NCBI GenBank assembly: GCA_029261065.1
Contig: JAJDCB010000030.1
Location: forward strand, 196,876-260,875
DNA: 64,000 bases
From: Candidatus Omnitrophota bacterium
GTDB lineage: Bacteria > Omnitrophota > Gorgyraeia > Zapsychrales > Zapsychraceae
Direction: 5' to 3'
A model generated the notes under the pieces. The model was not told where the DNA came from. It did no database searches and saw nothing but the letters and a program-made list of their open reading frames with translations. The first letter of the stretch is position 1; every line of letters starts with the position of its first letter. The position numbers and the translations under genes are program-made. Below are positions 10,100-19,846 of this stretch, one piece after another.

Positions 10100-10195
10100 A
10101 AGCGAGTGATAGAGTGCTAGAGTGATAAAGTGGTAGGTTGAGTTTTTATTAACAATTTTTATTATCACTTTATCACTCTAGCACTTTACCACTAA
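10100..10195. repeat. inverted array of 8-mer units (GAGTGATA/CACTCTAC family B) forming a long hairpin
   Basis: left arm GAGTGATAGAGTGCTAGAGTGATAAAGTGGTAG, right arm ATCACTTTATCACTCTAGCACTTTACCACT; located between aceF stop and lpdA start. Confidence 0.8.
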
Positions 10196-10217
10196 ATAAA
10201 TTTAATCTTAATCCAAT

Positions 10218-11498
10218 CTATCCCTCAAGTTCCATCATAAACGGTTGCTCAATCGCCTCACACACCCATTTTAAAAACCGAGCGCCATCAGCGCCATCGA
10301 TGATGCGATGGTCGTAGGACAAGGAAAGGGGGAGCTTAAAGCGTGGGATGAATTGTTTATTTTCATAAACAGGTTCCCATCCCCCTCGAGAAACGCCAAG
10401 AATAGAAACTTCAGGCCAATTGACAATTGGTGTAAAACTTGTGCCATAAATGCCACCCAAATTTGTTAAGGTGATACATCCGCCTCGCAAATCATCAATC
10501 ACAGTCTTTTTTGTGCGTGCTTTCTCAGCCATATCGTTTAATTCTTCATGAATTTCAAAAATACTCTTTTTCTCAACATCTCGAATAACAGGAACGAGTA
10601 AGCCTCGATCTGTGTCAACGGCAACGCCAATACTAAAGTATTTTTTATATATAATTTCGTACGTATTCATATCAATGCTGCAATTAAATTGAGGAAATGT
10701 TTTAAGGGCAGCTGCCATGACTTTTAATAGAAACGGCGTGATTGTTAACTTTCGTTCGGGTGTTGAATATTTTTTGCGTAGCTTTTCTAGGTCTGTAATA
10801 TCCGCCTTGCCAAATTGAGTCACATGAGGGATGTTTTGCCAGCAATAGCTTAAATGATCAGCGGTGACTTTTCTAATTTTAGGCATGGGTTCACGATTAA
10901 TCTCACCCCATTTTGAAAAATCTGGTAAAGCTTTCTGTGCCATGCTAGCACCAGACGCGGCTCCACCACCGGATGTGTTTAATTGTTTGGCAAAGGCCTT
11001 AACATCATCTTTTGAAACGCGACCTGAAGGTCCTGTTCCAGGGACTTGGGAGACATCGATGCCAATCTCACGTGCAAATCGTCGAATGGAAGGGGCGGCG
11101 GCGACATCTTTTTGAGCTGGAATAGCTTTTGCTGGTGCTGCTTGTGCCTTAGGAGCAGGCTTTGATTCCGCTTTTGGTGCTTCAGCTTTAGGCTTCTCTG
11201 CTGGAGTTTCTTTTTTTGTAGTTGGAGTTTCCGGTTTGCTTGTCGTCGCTTGTTCTGCAACTTCACCAGCTTCAATGGTCATGGCCAACTGACCAATCTT
11301 CACCTCATCGCCAGCTTTAATATGGATCTCTTTAATGACACCATCTGCTGGAGAGGGAATAGGAAGAGATGCTTTATCTGTCTCAAGCTCCAATAAATCT
11401 TGATCTTTCTTAACGGAATCACCGACAGCGACAGCTAAGCTGACAACTGTTCCTGATTCAATATTTTCACCAACTTCAGGGATTTTAAATTCAAGCAT
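10218..11498 (-). CDS. aceF: dihydrolipoamide acetyltransferase E2 (pyruvate dehydrogenase complex)
   Basis: lipoyl domain LELETDKASLPIPSP; Ala/Pro-rich linkers; E3-binding region; catalytic DHRIIDGADGARF. Confidence 0.9.
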   Translation of the reverse strand: MLEFKIPEVGENIESGTVVSLAVAVGDSVKKDQDLLELETDKASLPIPSPADGVIKEIHIKAGDEVKIGQLAMTIEAGEVAEQATTSKPETPTTKKETPAEKPKAEAPKAESKPAPKAQAAPAKAIPAQKDVAAAPSIRRFAREIGIDVSQVPGTGPSGRVSKDDVKAFAKQLNTSGGGAASGASMAQKALPDFSKWGEINREPMPKIRKVTADHLSYCWQNIPHVTQFGKADITDLEKLRKKYSTPERKLTITPFLLKVMAAALKTFPQFNCSIDMNTYEIIYKKYFSIGVAVDTDRGLLVPVIRDVEKKSIFEIHEELNDMAEKARTKKTVIDDLRGGCITLTNLGGIYGTSFTPIVNWPEVSILGVSRGGWEPVYENKQFIPRFKLPLSLSYDHRIIDGADGARFLKWVCEAIEQPFMMELEG

Positions 11499-11539
11499 GA
11501 TAGTTTCCTTCTTGCAAAGCGGGATTTAAAAAGCACTAA

Positions 11540-11675
11540 TGTCATCTCAAGACAGCAATGTCATCCTCGCGAAAGCGGGGATCCATTAGTAGTTATAAAG
11601 ATTACGAAGTTCCCGCTGGGGCTTACCCAATAGGATTCCCGCTTTCGCGGGAATGACAGATGGAGCGGGGATTAC
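11540..11675. repeat. REP-like element family A (inverted pair)
   Basis: GTCATCCTCGCGAAAGCGGGGATC ... GGATTCCCGCTTTCGCGGGAATGAC. Confidence 0.85.
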
Positions 11676-11677
11676 TT

Positions 11678-14359
11678 TTACGAAATCATCGGATTCAATT
11701 TATCCGGATTAATATTCAAATCTTTCGCCGCCTGCTCAACAATACTAGCCTCAATTTTCTTTTCCTTGCATAACTGTCCTAACGCGGTAAAAGCAATGTG
11801 ACGGGCGTCGACTTCAAAGAAATCGCGAAGGGCTTGGCGTGATTCGCTGCGGCCAAAACCGTCTGTTCCAAGAGTGGCATGAGGGTTTAAGATCCATTTG
11901 GAAAGTCCATCAGGCATAATCTTCATGTTATCTGAGGCAAAGACACAAACATCATCGTTTCCTTTAAGGATATCTTGAATGTAAGGCGTCTTTTGTTCTT
12001 TTGTCGGGTTAAGCATGTTGTAACGCTCAACATCCAGACAATCGCGACGGAGTTGATTGTAGCTTGTAATGCTCCAGACATCGGAGGCGACGTCATATTT
12101 TTCTTCTAATATTTTTTGGGCTTCTAACACTTGATTAAGAATCGCCCCACTCCCAAAGAGTTGAACATGCGCTTTGTCGGTCGTTTTTTCTTCACTCTTA
12201 AATTTATACATCCCCTTTATAATGCCTTCTTTAGATCCTTCAGGCATATCTGGCATCGGATAATTTTCGTTACCCACACTAATGTAATAAAAAACATTTT
12301 CTTGTTTTTCATACATGCGATAAATACCTTCTCGGATAATCACGGCAATTTCAAAAGCGTAAGTTGGATGATAAGTAATAATGTTTGGAACGGTGGAAAG
12401 AAGGACATGGCTGTGTCCATCTTGATGTTGTAAACCTTCACCGTTAAGTGTTGTTCGACCAGCTGTACCACCGATAAGAAATCCTCGGCATCGAGAGTCA
12501 GCTGCCAACCAAATCAAATCACCCACGCGTTGAGGGCCAAACATGGAATAATAAATATAGAAGGGAATTGTGTTAATCCCGTGAGTTGAGTACGCTGTTC
12601 CAGCGGCAATAAAAGAGGAGATGGCGCCAGCTTCATTGATGCCTTCTTCTAAAATTTGACCATCGATCGCTTCTTTATAATAGAGAAGACTCTTAGCATC
12701 GACCGGTTCATAAAGTTGTCCAACATGAGAATAGATGCCGAATTGTCTAAATAATCCTTCCATCCCAAATGTTCTCGCTTCATCAGGAATGATAGGAACA
12801 ATGAGTTTTCCGATTTCTGGATCTTTGAGCAATTCTGTGAGGATACCAACATAGGCCATGGTTGTTGAGATGTCACGACCAACCATTTTACTTGTCGCCT
12901 TTTTGAAAAATTCCTCAGAAGGTGTTTTAAGCGGTTCGCTTGTTTCTTGACGAGCTGGCATGTATCCGCCAAGCGCTGTCCGACGTTCTTGAAGATATTT
13001 CATTTCTTCTGAGTCTTCGGCTGGTTTGTAGAAGGGGGCATCAGCGACTTCGTCATCAGAGATAGGAATGCTAAAACGTGTGCGAAATTCGCGCAATTCA
13101 TCTTCGTTTAACTTCTTTTGCTGATGAGTAATGTTTTTCCCTTCACCACTTTCACCAAGCCCGTATCCTTTAATTGTTTTAGCAAGAATAACAGTTGGCG
13201 CGCCCTTAAAATCAGAAGCGGCTTTATAAGCGGTATAAACTTTTTCAGGGTCATGACCACCACGTTTTAAGGTGCGTAATTGTTCGTCGGATAAATTTTT
13301 AACCAAGTCTAGCAATTCAGGATCTTTGCCAAAGAAATCATTACGAATGTATTCGCCGGATTCTACCGAATATTTTTGATATTGTCCGTCAACAACCTCG
13401 CCCATACGTTTAACGAGTAACCCTTGCTCATCATTTTCTAATAGCGGATCCCAGTCTCCTCCCCAAACAACTTTTATGACATTCCATTGGGCCCCACGAA
13501 ATAGCGCTTCAAGCTCTTGAATAATCTTTCCATTACCGCGAACAGGTCCGTCTAAACGTTGAAGGTTACAATTGATGACAAAAACCAAATTATCTAATTT
13601 CTCACGCGAAGCCATCGTTAGCGCCCCTAAAGATTCAGGTTCATCAGATTCCCCATCACCCATGTAGACCCAAATTTTGGCATCGTCTTTTTGTTTTAAT
13701 CCACGATCTTCTAAATAACGCATAAAGCGTGCTTGATAAATACTGCAAATAGGACCTAATCCCATTGATACGGTTGGAAATTGCCAGAAGTTTGGCATCA
13801 ACCAAGGGTGAGGATAAGAGGAGAGACCTTTTTCCTCTTGAAGCTCTCGTCGGAAATTTTTTAGATTTTCTTCGCTTAAACGCCCTTCAACAAAGGCGCG
13901 TGAATACATTCCAGGAGAGGCATGACCTTGAAAATAAACAAAGTCGCCACAAAAGTCTTTAGTGCGCGCGCGAAAGAAATGGTTGTATCCGACTTCATAA
14001 AGAGTCGCTGATGATGCGTACGTTGAAATATGTCCACCAATCCCCGCTTCAGCCCGATTTCCACGCACAACCATAGCCATTGCATTCCAACGAATAATAC
14101 TTTTAATGCGTCGTTCAATTTCTCGATTACCAGGGTAAGTTGGTTGTTTATCTGGGTGAATAGTGTTGACGTAAGGGGTGTTGACGGTAAAGGGAAGGGT
14201 AACGCCGGCTTCTTGAGCACGAATTTGAAGGCGGGCTAATATTTGTTGAGCTTGATCTTTCGATCCATTCTTTAAAACATATTCAAGAGAACTTAACCAC
14301 TCTTGAACTTCTATTTCATCGACCTCAGTGGATCGGTTGTTGACGCCATCTGGACTCAT
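11678..14359 (-). CDS. aceE: pyruvate dehydrogenase E1 component, homodimeric type
   Basis: 893 aa; ThDP-dependent E1 layout upstream of aceF-lpdA on the same strand. Confidence 0.9.
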   Translation of the reverse strand: MSPDGVNNRSTEVDEIEVQEWLSSLEYVLKNGSKDQAQQILARLQIRAQEAGVTLPFTVNTPYVNTIHPDKQPTYPGNREIERRIKSIIRWNAMAMVVRGNRAEAGIGGHISTYASSATLYEVGYNHFFRARTKDFCGDFVYFQGHASPGMYSRAFVEGRLSEENLKNFRRELQEEKGLSSYPHPWLMPNFWQFPTVSMGLGPICSIYQARFMRYLEDRGLKQKDDAKIWVYMGDGESDEPESLGALTMASREKLDNLVFVINCNLQRLDGPVRGNGKIIQELEALFRGAQWNVIKVVWGGDWDPLLENDEQGLLVKRMGEVVDGQYQKYSVESGEYIRNDFFGKDPELLDLVKNLSDEQLRTLKRGGHDPEKVYTAYKAASDFKGAPTVILAKTIKGYGLGESGEGKNITHQQKKLNEDELREFRTRFSIPISDDEVADAPFYKPAEDSEEMKYLQERRTALGGYMPARQETSEPLKTPSEEFFKKATSKMVGRDISTTMAYVGILTELLKDPEIGKLIVPIIPDEARTFGMEGLFRQFGIYSHVGQLYEPVDAKSLLYYKEAIDGQILEEGINEAGAISSFIAAGTAYSTHGINTIPFYIYYSMFGPQRVGDLIWLAADSRCRGFLIGGTAGRTTLNGEGLQHQDGHSHVLLSTVPNIITYHPTYAFEIAVIIREGIYRMYEKQENVFYYISVGNENYPMPDMPEGSKEGIIKGMYKFKSEEKTTDKAHVQLFGSGAILNQVLEAQKILEEKYDVASDVWSITSYNQLRRDCLDVERYNMLNPTKEQKTPYIQDILKGNDDVCVFASDNMKIMPDGLSKWILNPHATLGTDGFGRSESRQALRDFFEVDARHIAFTALGQLCKEKKIEASIVEQAAKDLNINPDKLNPMIS

Positions 14360-14389
14360 AGGAATTCCTTATGATTGGTTATAATGATT

Positions 14390-14484
14390 AGAGTGATAGA
14401 GTGGTAAAGTGATAGAGTGGTAAGAATTGCGGAATTAACTCCATACTATCACTTTATCACTCTACCACTTTATCACTTTTTTTG
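14390..14484. repeat. family B 8-mer inverted array followed by T7 run
   Basis: AGAGTGATAGAGTGGTAAAGTGATAGAGTGGTAAG ... TATCACTTTATCACTCTACCACTTTATCACT TTTTTTT; sits in the aceE 5' region. Confidence 0.8.
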
Positions 14485-14599
14485 TCTCAAGTTCACAGCA
14501 TTGTATTATGGTTTGGGGCAATGTGCAAGAATTAAATGAGGGGATGTTGATGGGGAGAAGCAAATAAGTGTCCTTCGTCCTTGTCTTGTATTTTATTTT

Positions 14600-14735
14600 T
14601 GCCTTGCATGTTATTCGTGCCCTGTATGTCATTTCCGCCCCATATGTCATTCCCGCGAAAGCGGGAATCTCCTGGAGCCAAGTTTGTTATAAAACCCTAT
14701 TTCAGATCTCGGATTAAGTCTGGTACGACAAGCTC
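14600..14735. repeat. REP-like element family A with TGTCATT tandem units
   Basis: TGTCATTTCCGCCCCATATGTCATTCCCGCGAAAGCGGGAATC + AGATCTCGGATTAAGTCTGGTACGACAAG. Confidence 0.85.
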
Positions 14736-14747
14736 AACATAATTTCT

Positions 14748-15767
14748 CTACACCACATGAGCCAACCCCGCATTAAGAAGCTCTTGATTAAGATACTTCC
14801 CTTTTTGTGCCACAATTTTGGCATCAGTTTCGTTCTTTAAATAAAAAACATCCACCAGGTAACGATCGTATTTATCGGTGGTGTAGGTTTTGTGGGTTTT
14901 GATGATGAGGGGAGAGGCGTTTTTAAGCTGTGCCTCTACAAAATTTTTGGCTTTGGCGCCTTTGGCAGATGACATCTCTGGGGTGTTGATGTGACGCAGG
15001 CGTAATCGTTGGCTGATGAAGGTGTTAAATCCGCAATCAATGATCGCGATTAAGGTATCGCCATCCACGACTCTTTGAAGATGGGCTTTGTAACAAAAAC
15101 GTTGATCGTCATCGCTGGTCACGCGATTTATTTTGGTTCCATTAACGTGAAGATAATCTTGATCCTTTAGGCGGATGCCTTTAAGGGGAGGCAGAGGTTT
15201 TAAAATTTTAAAACCGCAATCCACAAAGAGGGGCGCGTTCTTTGAAGGGATTTCAGGGACGCTTATCACTTGATAAGTGTTTAATTGGCCTCGGGTAAAA
15301 GCTAACGTTGGAGGATTTTGTGATATTTGATGAATGCGTTCACGTGTTTTGAGTGTTGTAATCTGCTGAGCTAATTCGTTAGAATTCCAATTGTTTTTTA
15401 GGGCGCGATTTTCTATCTGTAGTCTTTGTTGATCATCTTTGACGGTGAGTAAAAGCTTGTACTTGGTCCATTCCAATTCTGGCCGCGCGGCCAGTTTTGG
15501 GTAGGTTTGATAAAATTTAACCACCCGCCACAAGAGGCTCCCGCTACAATTTAAATCTTCCGCCAATCGTTCAATCACCGTCTTCCCGTATTCGGGCTTT
15601 GCCGCATTCTCCAAAATATGCTCTGAAATATATTGTCCGACACTCCAATAAGTCCCCACCGTTTCTTGTTTGATTAACCTCTCTAACCCCATCAACCGAT
15701 CCTTCACCCGCACCAACAATGTTGAATATTTAGAACCAAGTGCAATGACATTCTTTTTTTTAGGCAT
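14748..15767 (-). CDS. DUF1016 (YhcG N-terminal domain) fused to SNase-like (thermonuclease) domain
   Basis: N-terminus YWSVGQYI...YGKTVIERLAEDL...LWRVVKFYQTYP (DUF1016_N pattern); C-terminus VVDGDTLIAII...RLRLRHINTPE...YDRYLVDVF (SNase pattern). Confidence 0.6.
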   Translation of the reverse strand: MPKKKNVIALGSKYSTLLVRVKDRLMGLERLIKQETVGTYWSVGQYISEHILENAAKPEYGKTVIERLAEDLNCSGSLLWRVVKFYQTYPKLAARPELEWTKYKLLLTVKDDQQRLQIENRALKNNWNSNELAQQITTLKTRERIHQISQNPPTLAFTRGQLNTYQVISVPEIPSKNAPLFVDCGFKILKPLPPLKGIRLKDQDYLHVNGTKINRVTSDDDQRFCYKAHLQRVVDGDTLIAIIDCGFNTFISQRLRLRHINTPEMSSAKGAKAKNFVEAQLKNASPLIIKTHKTYTTDKYDRYLVDVFYLKNETDAKIVAQKGKYLNQELLNAGLAHVV

Positions 15768-15769
15768 CT

Positions 15770-16012
15770 TTAATTTCCTTTCCAGTCTAATGGTTTGCTA
15801 CCACCGACACTCATGCAGAGGTCTTTGACTTCTTTGAGCCCGTAAATAATAAGATATTCATCTTCAGTGGGTTTAAATTCTTCACTTAGCATGTCTACAG
15901 GGCGGCCGGCAATTCTCGCTTTGAGATATTGTTTGCAGTCATTGATGTACATGCAGACTTCCTTTTTAAAACTTCCTGTCCAAAATTCTGTTGGGATCTC
16001 ATCTTTATTCAT
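15770..16012 (-). CDS. small hypothetical protein, 2-nt gap to the nuclease gene
   Basis: 80-aa ORF directly upstream on same strand as 14748..15767. Confidence 0.4.
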   Translation of the reverse strand: MNKDEIPTEFWTGSFKKEVCMYINDCKQYLKARIAGRPVDMLSEEFKPTEDEYLIIYGLKEVKDLCMSVGGSKPLDWKGN

Positions 16013-16297
16013 GCGATGTTTCCTTTTCTTGTGTGTTGGTTAATTTTTATAAGTATACGTATCATTTAAAAACCTGTCAACGTTGCGTTGATGGAGGGGG
16101 TGTTTGATGTTAAACTGGAGCATAATCTGTGACACCTGTCATTATTCATACAAAAGAAATAAACTCTTTCCATTTTGGAAACAGTTTAAAATGAGGGGAT
16201 GAAGGGATCTGGTACTAAAATACTGATTTAGCTAAAGAAAGTAGAATGCTGAGTAAGTTGGATGAAATTTAAGCTAATAAACAAAGGATAAATAATT

Positions 16298-17551
16298 ATG
16301 AAACGGATAGTTCTTATGGCAGTATTCTTATGCATAATACAAATTGCATTTGCTCAGGAAAAGCTAAAAGATGGAGTTTTTAATGATTATTACGACAGCG
16401 TTAGTTTGAAGGAGGAAGTCATATATAACAATGCTGAAAAGCATGGTCCTTTTAAAAAGTATTATGAAAATGGGAGTCTTTATAGTGAAGGTGTATATGT
16501 TAATGGAAAGTTATATGGAATAGTAAAATATTATTACGACAATGGGCAGTTACATAAAGAAGTAGAATATCTGGATGGAAAGAGGAACGGTGTTGAAAAG
16601 ACCTATACAAATCCGAATCAAGGAATTGGAACAGAATCTTATTTGTATAGTGAGATTGGATATAAGGATAACAAATATCATGGTGTCTATAAAACATACT
16701 ATCCTAACGGGCAAATAATAGTTGAAAAGCAGATTGTTAATCAAAAAGAAGAGGGTGAATTAAAAGAATATTATCAAGATGGTTCATTGAAACAAAAAAG
16801 CATTGTCAAGAATGGTCGTCCTGTTGAAGAAAAGAACTTTGATGAAAGTGGTAATCTCCTTCCCAGTGGTTTTAGAGATGGAATGTATTGGCAGTATGAT
16901 GTAAGTGGAAAATTAAAATTAACTCATGAACCTGTTTATAATAGTAAAGATGGAATTATGGGAATATATCGTTATTATTATCCAAATGAAAAAATTAAAT
17001 TAGAGATACCAATTACTAAAGGTGGAAGTGAGTTAGGCTTTTGTGTTCATGGCCTTATGAAAATCTATTTTGAAGATGGTCAGTTAAAAGATGAGGTTAG
17101 GTTTAGAGATTGCAAAGAAGATGGTGGCGTTCAGCGATTTTATAATAATGGGCAGTTAAGAGAAAAAGGTGTTTACAAAGAGGGTGAATGGCTTAAAGTA
17201 AAAAGATTTAACAGAAAAGGCGAAGAACTTGCTAAAGGCCCCACAATACATATTGAGTTTGATAAAGGAAAGTATATTTCAGGGGATATAGTTACAATTT
17301 ATATTGATAATAATTTAAATAGCCATGTAAGATTAGCGTGGCTTTTTATTTGTGCAGAAGGCGATAGTGATTGGGATTGCAAATCTAAGAACTCTGATAT
17401 TAGCGGTAGTACTATTGATAAGGGTGAAACGATGATTGTAGAATTAAAAGCTGATGAACTAACCCCTGGTAAAGGTAAATTTAGAGTTTCATATGCAACG
17501 GATGGTGAATATCCCTTTTTCGAATCCCAAGAGTTTATTTTCACTAAATAA
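16298..17551 (+). CDS. secreted MORN/YwqK-repeat protein
   Basis: signal peptide; >8 repeats of YYxNGQLxxEgxYxxGKxxG. Confidence 0.7.
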   Translation: MKRIVLMAVFLCIIQIAFAQEKLKDGVFNDYYDSVSLKEEVIYNNAEKHGPFKKYYENGSLYSEGVYVNGKLYGIVKYYYDNGQLHKEVEYLDGKRNGVEKTYTNPNQGIGTESYLYSEIGYKDNKYHGVYKTYYPNGQIIVEKQIVNQKEEGELKEYYQDGSLKQKSIVKNGRPVEEKNFDESGNLLPSGFRDGMYWQYDVSGKLKLTHEPVYNSKDGIMGIYRYYYPNEKIKLEIPITKGGSELGFCVHGLMKIYFEDGQLKDEVRFRDCKEDGGVQRFYNNGQLREKGVYKEGEWLKVKRFNRKGEELAKGPTIHIEFDKGKYISGDIVTIYIDNNLNSHVRLAWLFICAEGDSDWDCKSKNSDISGSTIDKGETMIVELKADELTPGKGKFRVSYATDGEYPFFESQEFIFTK

Positions 17552-17606
17552 GGTTGTCTTAAGAAAAGAATAGAATAGGTGACAGCTTAGATTCAAAAGA
17601 GTGCAA

Positions 17607-17660
17607 AAATAATCCGTGACAGGCACTCATTATTGAAATAGCGTGCCTGTCACTATTAAT
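17607..17660. repeat. 52-bp hairpin element family C (AATCCGTGACAGGCACTCATTATT-N-GCGTGCCTGTCACTATTAAT)
   Basis: GTGACAGGCAC / GTGCCTGTCAC 11-bp inverted stem; 3 copies in window. Confidence 0.85.
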
Positions 17661-17699
17661 ATGTTACTTTACTCGTCCCAAAGTCAAAGAGCAGTTTAA

Positions 17700-18413
17700 A
17701 TGAAAAAAGTAATGCTAATTTTAATAATTATGTTTTGTTCAGTGAGCTCTTGGGCGGGGCCTATTTGTGATGGCGCAAAAGAATGTGCTAAATTACAGAT
17801 AAAGGTTGTTGAGCAAGTCGTTAATCCTGTTAATTATGTTATTGCGGCTAAAGGTGATCTTAATGCTACGAAAAGATTGATTGCTGATGTTCAGAAGTTA
17901 TCTTTTGACGTTTACAAGGTTAATTATGTTCCCGAAAAGGTCAAAGTAAAAAAGACGCATATTGCTGGGTATTACAGGGAGTTAGATGACATTCAAATAG
18001 AAACTGTTCTTAAACGGAGAAGTCGCAAACGATGGCTAGAGGATGACTATACGCCAGATGCTTGGAAGAAACGGTGGGCCGTTATAAATCAGTTTAAAGT
18101 TAAAGGCGAATTCGGATATCCAGAACGGTGTCCCTCATCGTACACACCTAAGAAGAATAAAAAGTTTTCAGACAAGTGTGAATTCTTAATAGAAACAAAA
18201 AGTGGGCTACGACTGTACAAGAACTCTCGTCATAGTAGTTACGGAGATATTGTTTATACCAGAATAAATAATACTTATATTGTTTTTTCATATTTTAGAA
18301 AATTAAGAAAAGAGGATGCTTCAGAAATAGCAAAGGTGTTTGATGCGTTAACCGTGTTTAATAAAAAAGAATTAAAAAAACAGCAAGTGAGTCATTTAAG
18401 CATACTAAGATAA
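17700..18413 (+). CDS. hypothetical secreted protein, bracketed by family C hairpins
   Basis: signal peptide MKKVMLILIIMFCSVSSWA; Cys-containing; no known motif. Confidence 0.5.
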   Translation: MKKVMLILIIMFCSVSSWAGPICDGAKECAKLQIKVVEQVVNPVNYVIAAKGDLNATKRLIADVQKLSFDVYKVNYVPEKVKVKKTHIAGYYRELDDIQIETVLKRRSRKRWLEDDYTPDAWKKRWAVINQFKVKGEFGYPERCPSSYTPKKNKKFSDKCEFLIETKSGLRLYKNSRHSSYGDIVYTRINNTYIVFSYFRKLRKEDASEIAKVFDALTVFNKKELKKQQVSHLSILR

Positions 18414-18420
18414 AGATAGA

Positions 18421-18473
18421 GATAATCCGTGACAGGCACTCATTATTTAAAAAGCGTGCCTGTCACTATTAAT
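18421..18473. repeat. family C hairpin element
   Basis: GATAATCCGTGACAGGCACTCATTATTTAAAAAGCGTGCCTGTCACTATTAAT. Confidence 0.85.
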
Positions 18474-18490
18474 TTTTCTGGAGAACGGAA

Positions 18491-19072
18491 ATGACTAAAT
18501 CAAAACAAAAAAAAGTGCGGTGCGCGTGGGTTGGGGCAAGTAAACCCCTTTACGAGGAGTATCATGATGCCGAGTGGGGTGTGCCGGTGCATGATGATCG
18601 GGTGCATTTTGAGTTTTTGATTTTGGAAGGGGCGCAGGCGGGGTTAAGTTGGTATACGATTTTGCAGAGAAGAGAGGGGTATCGTAAAGCGTTTAAGGGG
18701 TTTGATGCGCAAAAAGTTGCTAAGATGACAGATGCGCAATTGGAAAAGCAGTTGTTGAATCCTGGAATTATTCGTAATCGTCTTAAAGTTTTTTCCGCTC
18801 GTAAAAATGCACAAGTGTTTCTCAAAATTCAAAAAGAATTTGGTAGTTTTGATAAGTATGTTTGGTCTTTTGTTGGGGGTAAGCCCATCATCAATAAACG
18901 GAAGACCTTAAAAAATTTACCTGCTACAACTCCTGAAAGCGACGCCCTCTCCAAAGACCTCAAAAAACGAGGCATGTCCTTTGTTGGATCAACCATCATC
19001 TACGCGCACATGCAAGCCACGGGGTTGGTTAATGATCATACGGTGGATTGTTGGCGGCACCATAATCCGTGA
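18491..19072 (+). CDS. tag: DNA-3-methyladenine glycosylase I
   Basis: YHDAEWGVPVHDDRVHFEFLILEGAQAGLSWYTIL is the Tag family signature; Cys/His Zn site near C-terminus. Confidence 0.85.
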   Translation: MTKSKQKKVRCAWVGASKPLYEEYHDAEWGVPVHDDRVHFEFLILEGAQAGLSWYTILQRREGYRKAFKGFDAQKVAKMTDAQLEKQLLNPGIIRNRLKVFSARKNAQVFLKIQKEFGSFDKYVWSFVGGKPIINKRKTLKNLPATTPESDALSKDLKKRGMSFVGSTIIYAHMQATGLVNDHTVDCWRHHNP

Positions 19073-19114
19073 CAGGCACTCATTATTGGAAAAAGCGTGC
19101 CTGTCACTATTAAT
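19062..19114. repeat. family C hairpin element overlapping the tag stop codon
   Basis: CATAATCCGTGACAGG... ; the TGA stop of tag is the TGA inside CCGTGACAGG. Confidence 0.85.
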
Positions 19115-19158
19115 CCGATCCCTACCAATTTTATTATTTCCTGTTATAATATCTGACT

Positions 19159-19614
19159 ATGTCAAGCGCTATTGCCACCAACAAAAAAGCTTTTCGCGAT
19201 TTTTTCCTCTCTGATAAATGGGAATGCGGGATTGCCCTTTTAGGTGGTGAGGTTAAATCCATTCGAGCCGGGCATGTCAATTTTAAAGATACCTTTGCTC
19301 GCATCGATAAAGGCGAGATCTTTCTTTATAACCTTCATATTGAGCAATATAACGCTGCCAGCCACATGAATAAAGAGCCGGATCGCGTGCGTAAACTTTT
19401 GATGCATAAGAAAGAAATTAAGCGTCTTGAAGGTAAACTAAATCAGCAGGTGGGAACGCTCATTCCAACGAAGATTTATTTTAATAAGCGAGGCTTAATT
19501 AAGGTTGAGATTGCCTTGGGACGAGGAAAGAAGCTTTATGATAAGCGTGAAGCGATTAAGAAGCGGGATGTGGATCGCCAGATTGGGCGGGAGATGCGTA
19601 ATCGGCGGGGGTGA
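19159..19614 (+). CDS. smpB: SsrA-binding protein
   Basis: GIALLGGEVKSIR...YNLHIEQY...KIYFNKRG pattern typical of SmpB; 151 aa. Confidence 0.9.
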   Translation: MSSAIATNKKAFRDFFLSDKWECGIALLGGEVKSIRAGHVNFKDTFARIDKGEIFLYNLHIEQYNAASHMNKEPDRVRKLLMHKKEIKRLEGKLNQQVGTLIPTKIYFNKRGLIKVEIALGRGKKLYDKREAIKKRDVDRQIGREMRNRRG

Positions 19615-19616
19615 TT

Positions 19617-19812
19617 GAGTGATAGAGCTAATTAGTGATAGAGTGGTAGAGTGGTAAGAGGGTATTGAAAAGGAAGTTAGTGATAGGTTCTTATCTATTT
19701 GTAAATATTTAATTTAACACCAATAAGCATTCAATCAACTCTATCACGTTACCACTCTACCACTCTACCACTCTACCACTTTACCACTTTATCACTCTAT
19801 CACTTAATCACT
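19617..19812. repeat. family B 8-mer arrays in inverted orientation (7 tandem CACTCTAC-like units on right arm)
   Basis: GAGTGATAGAG...GTGGTAGAGTGGTAAG / CCACTCTACCACTCTACCACTCTACCACTTTACCACTTTATCACTCTATCAC. Confidence 0.85.
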
Positions 19813-19846
19813 AACTCCCCTTATCAAAACAACCAACAACATACTC

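Noticed and set aside
10979-11275. 98-aa Lys/Gln-rich ORF
   Set aside because: Same-strand alternative frame within the aceF linker region. The aceF frame has conserved lipoyl and catalytic motifs
19617-19812. Possible CRISPR array (short tandem units)
   Set aside because: Units are 8 nt with no spacers, arranged as inverted arms. No cas genes. This is a microsatellite-like palindrome
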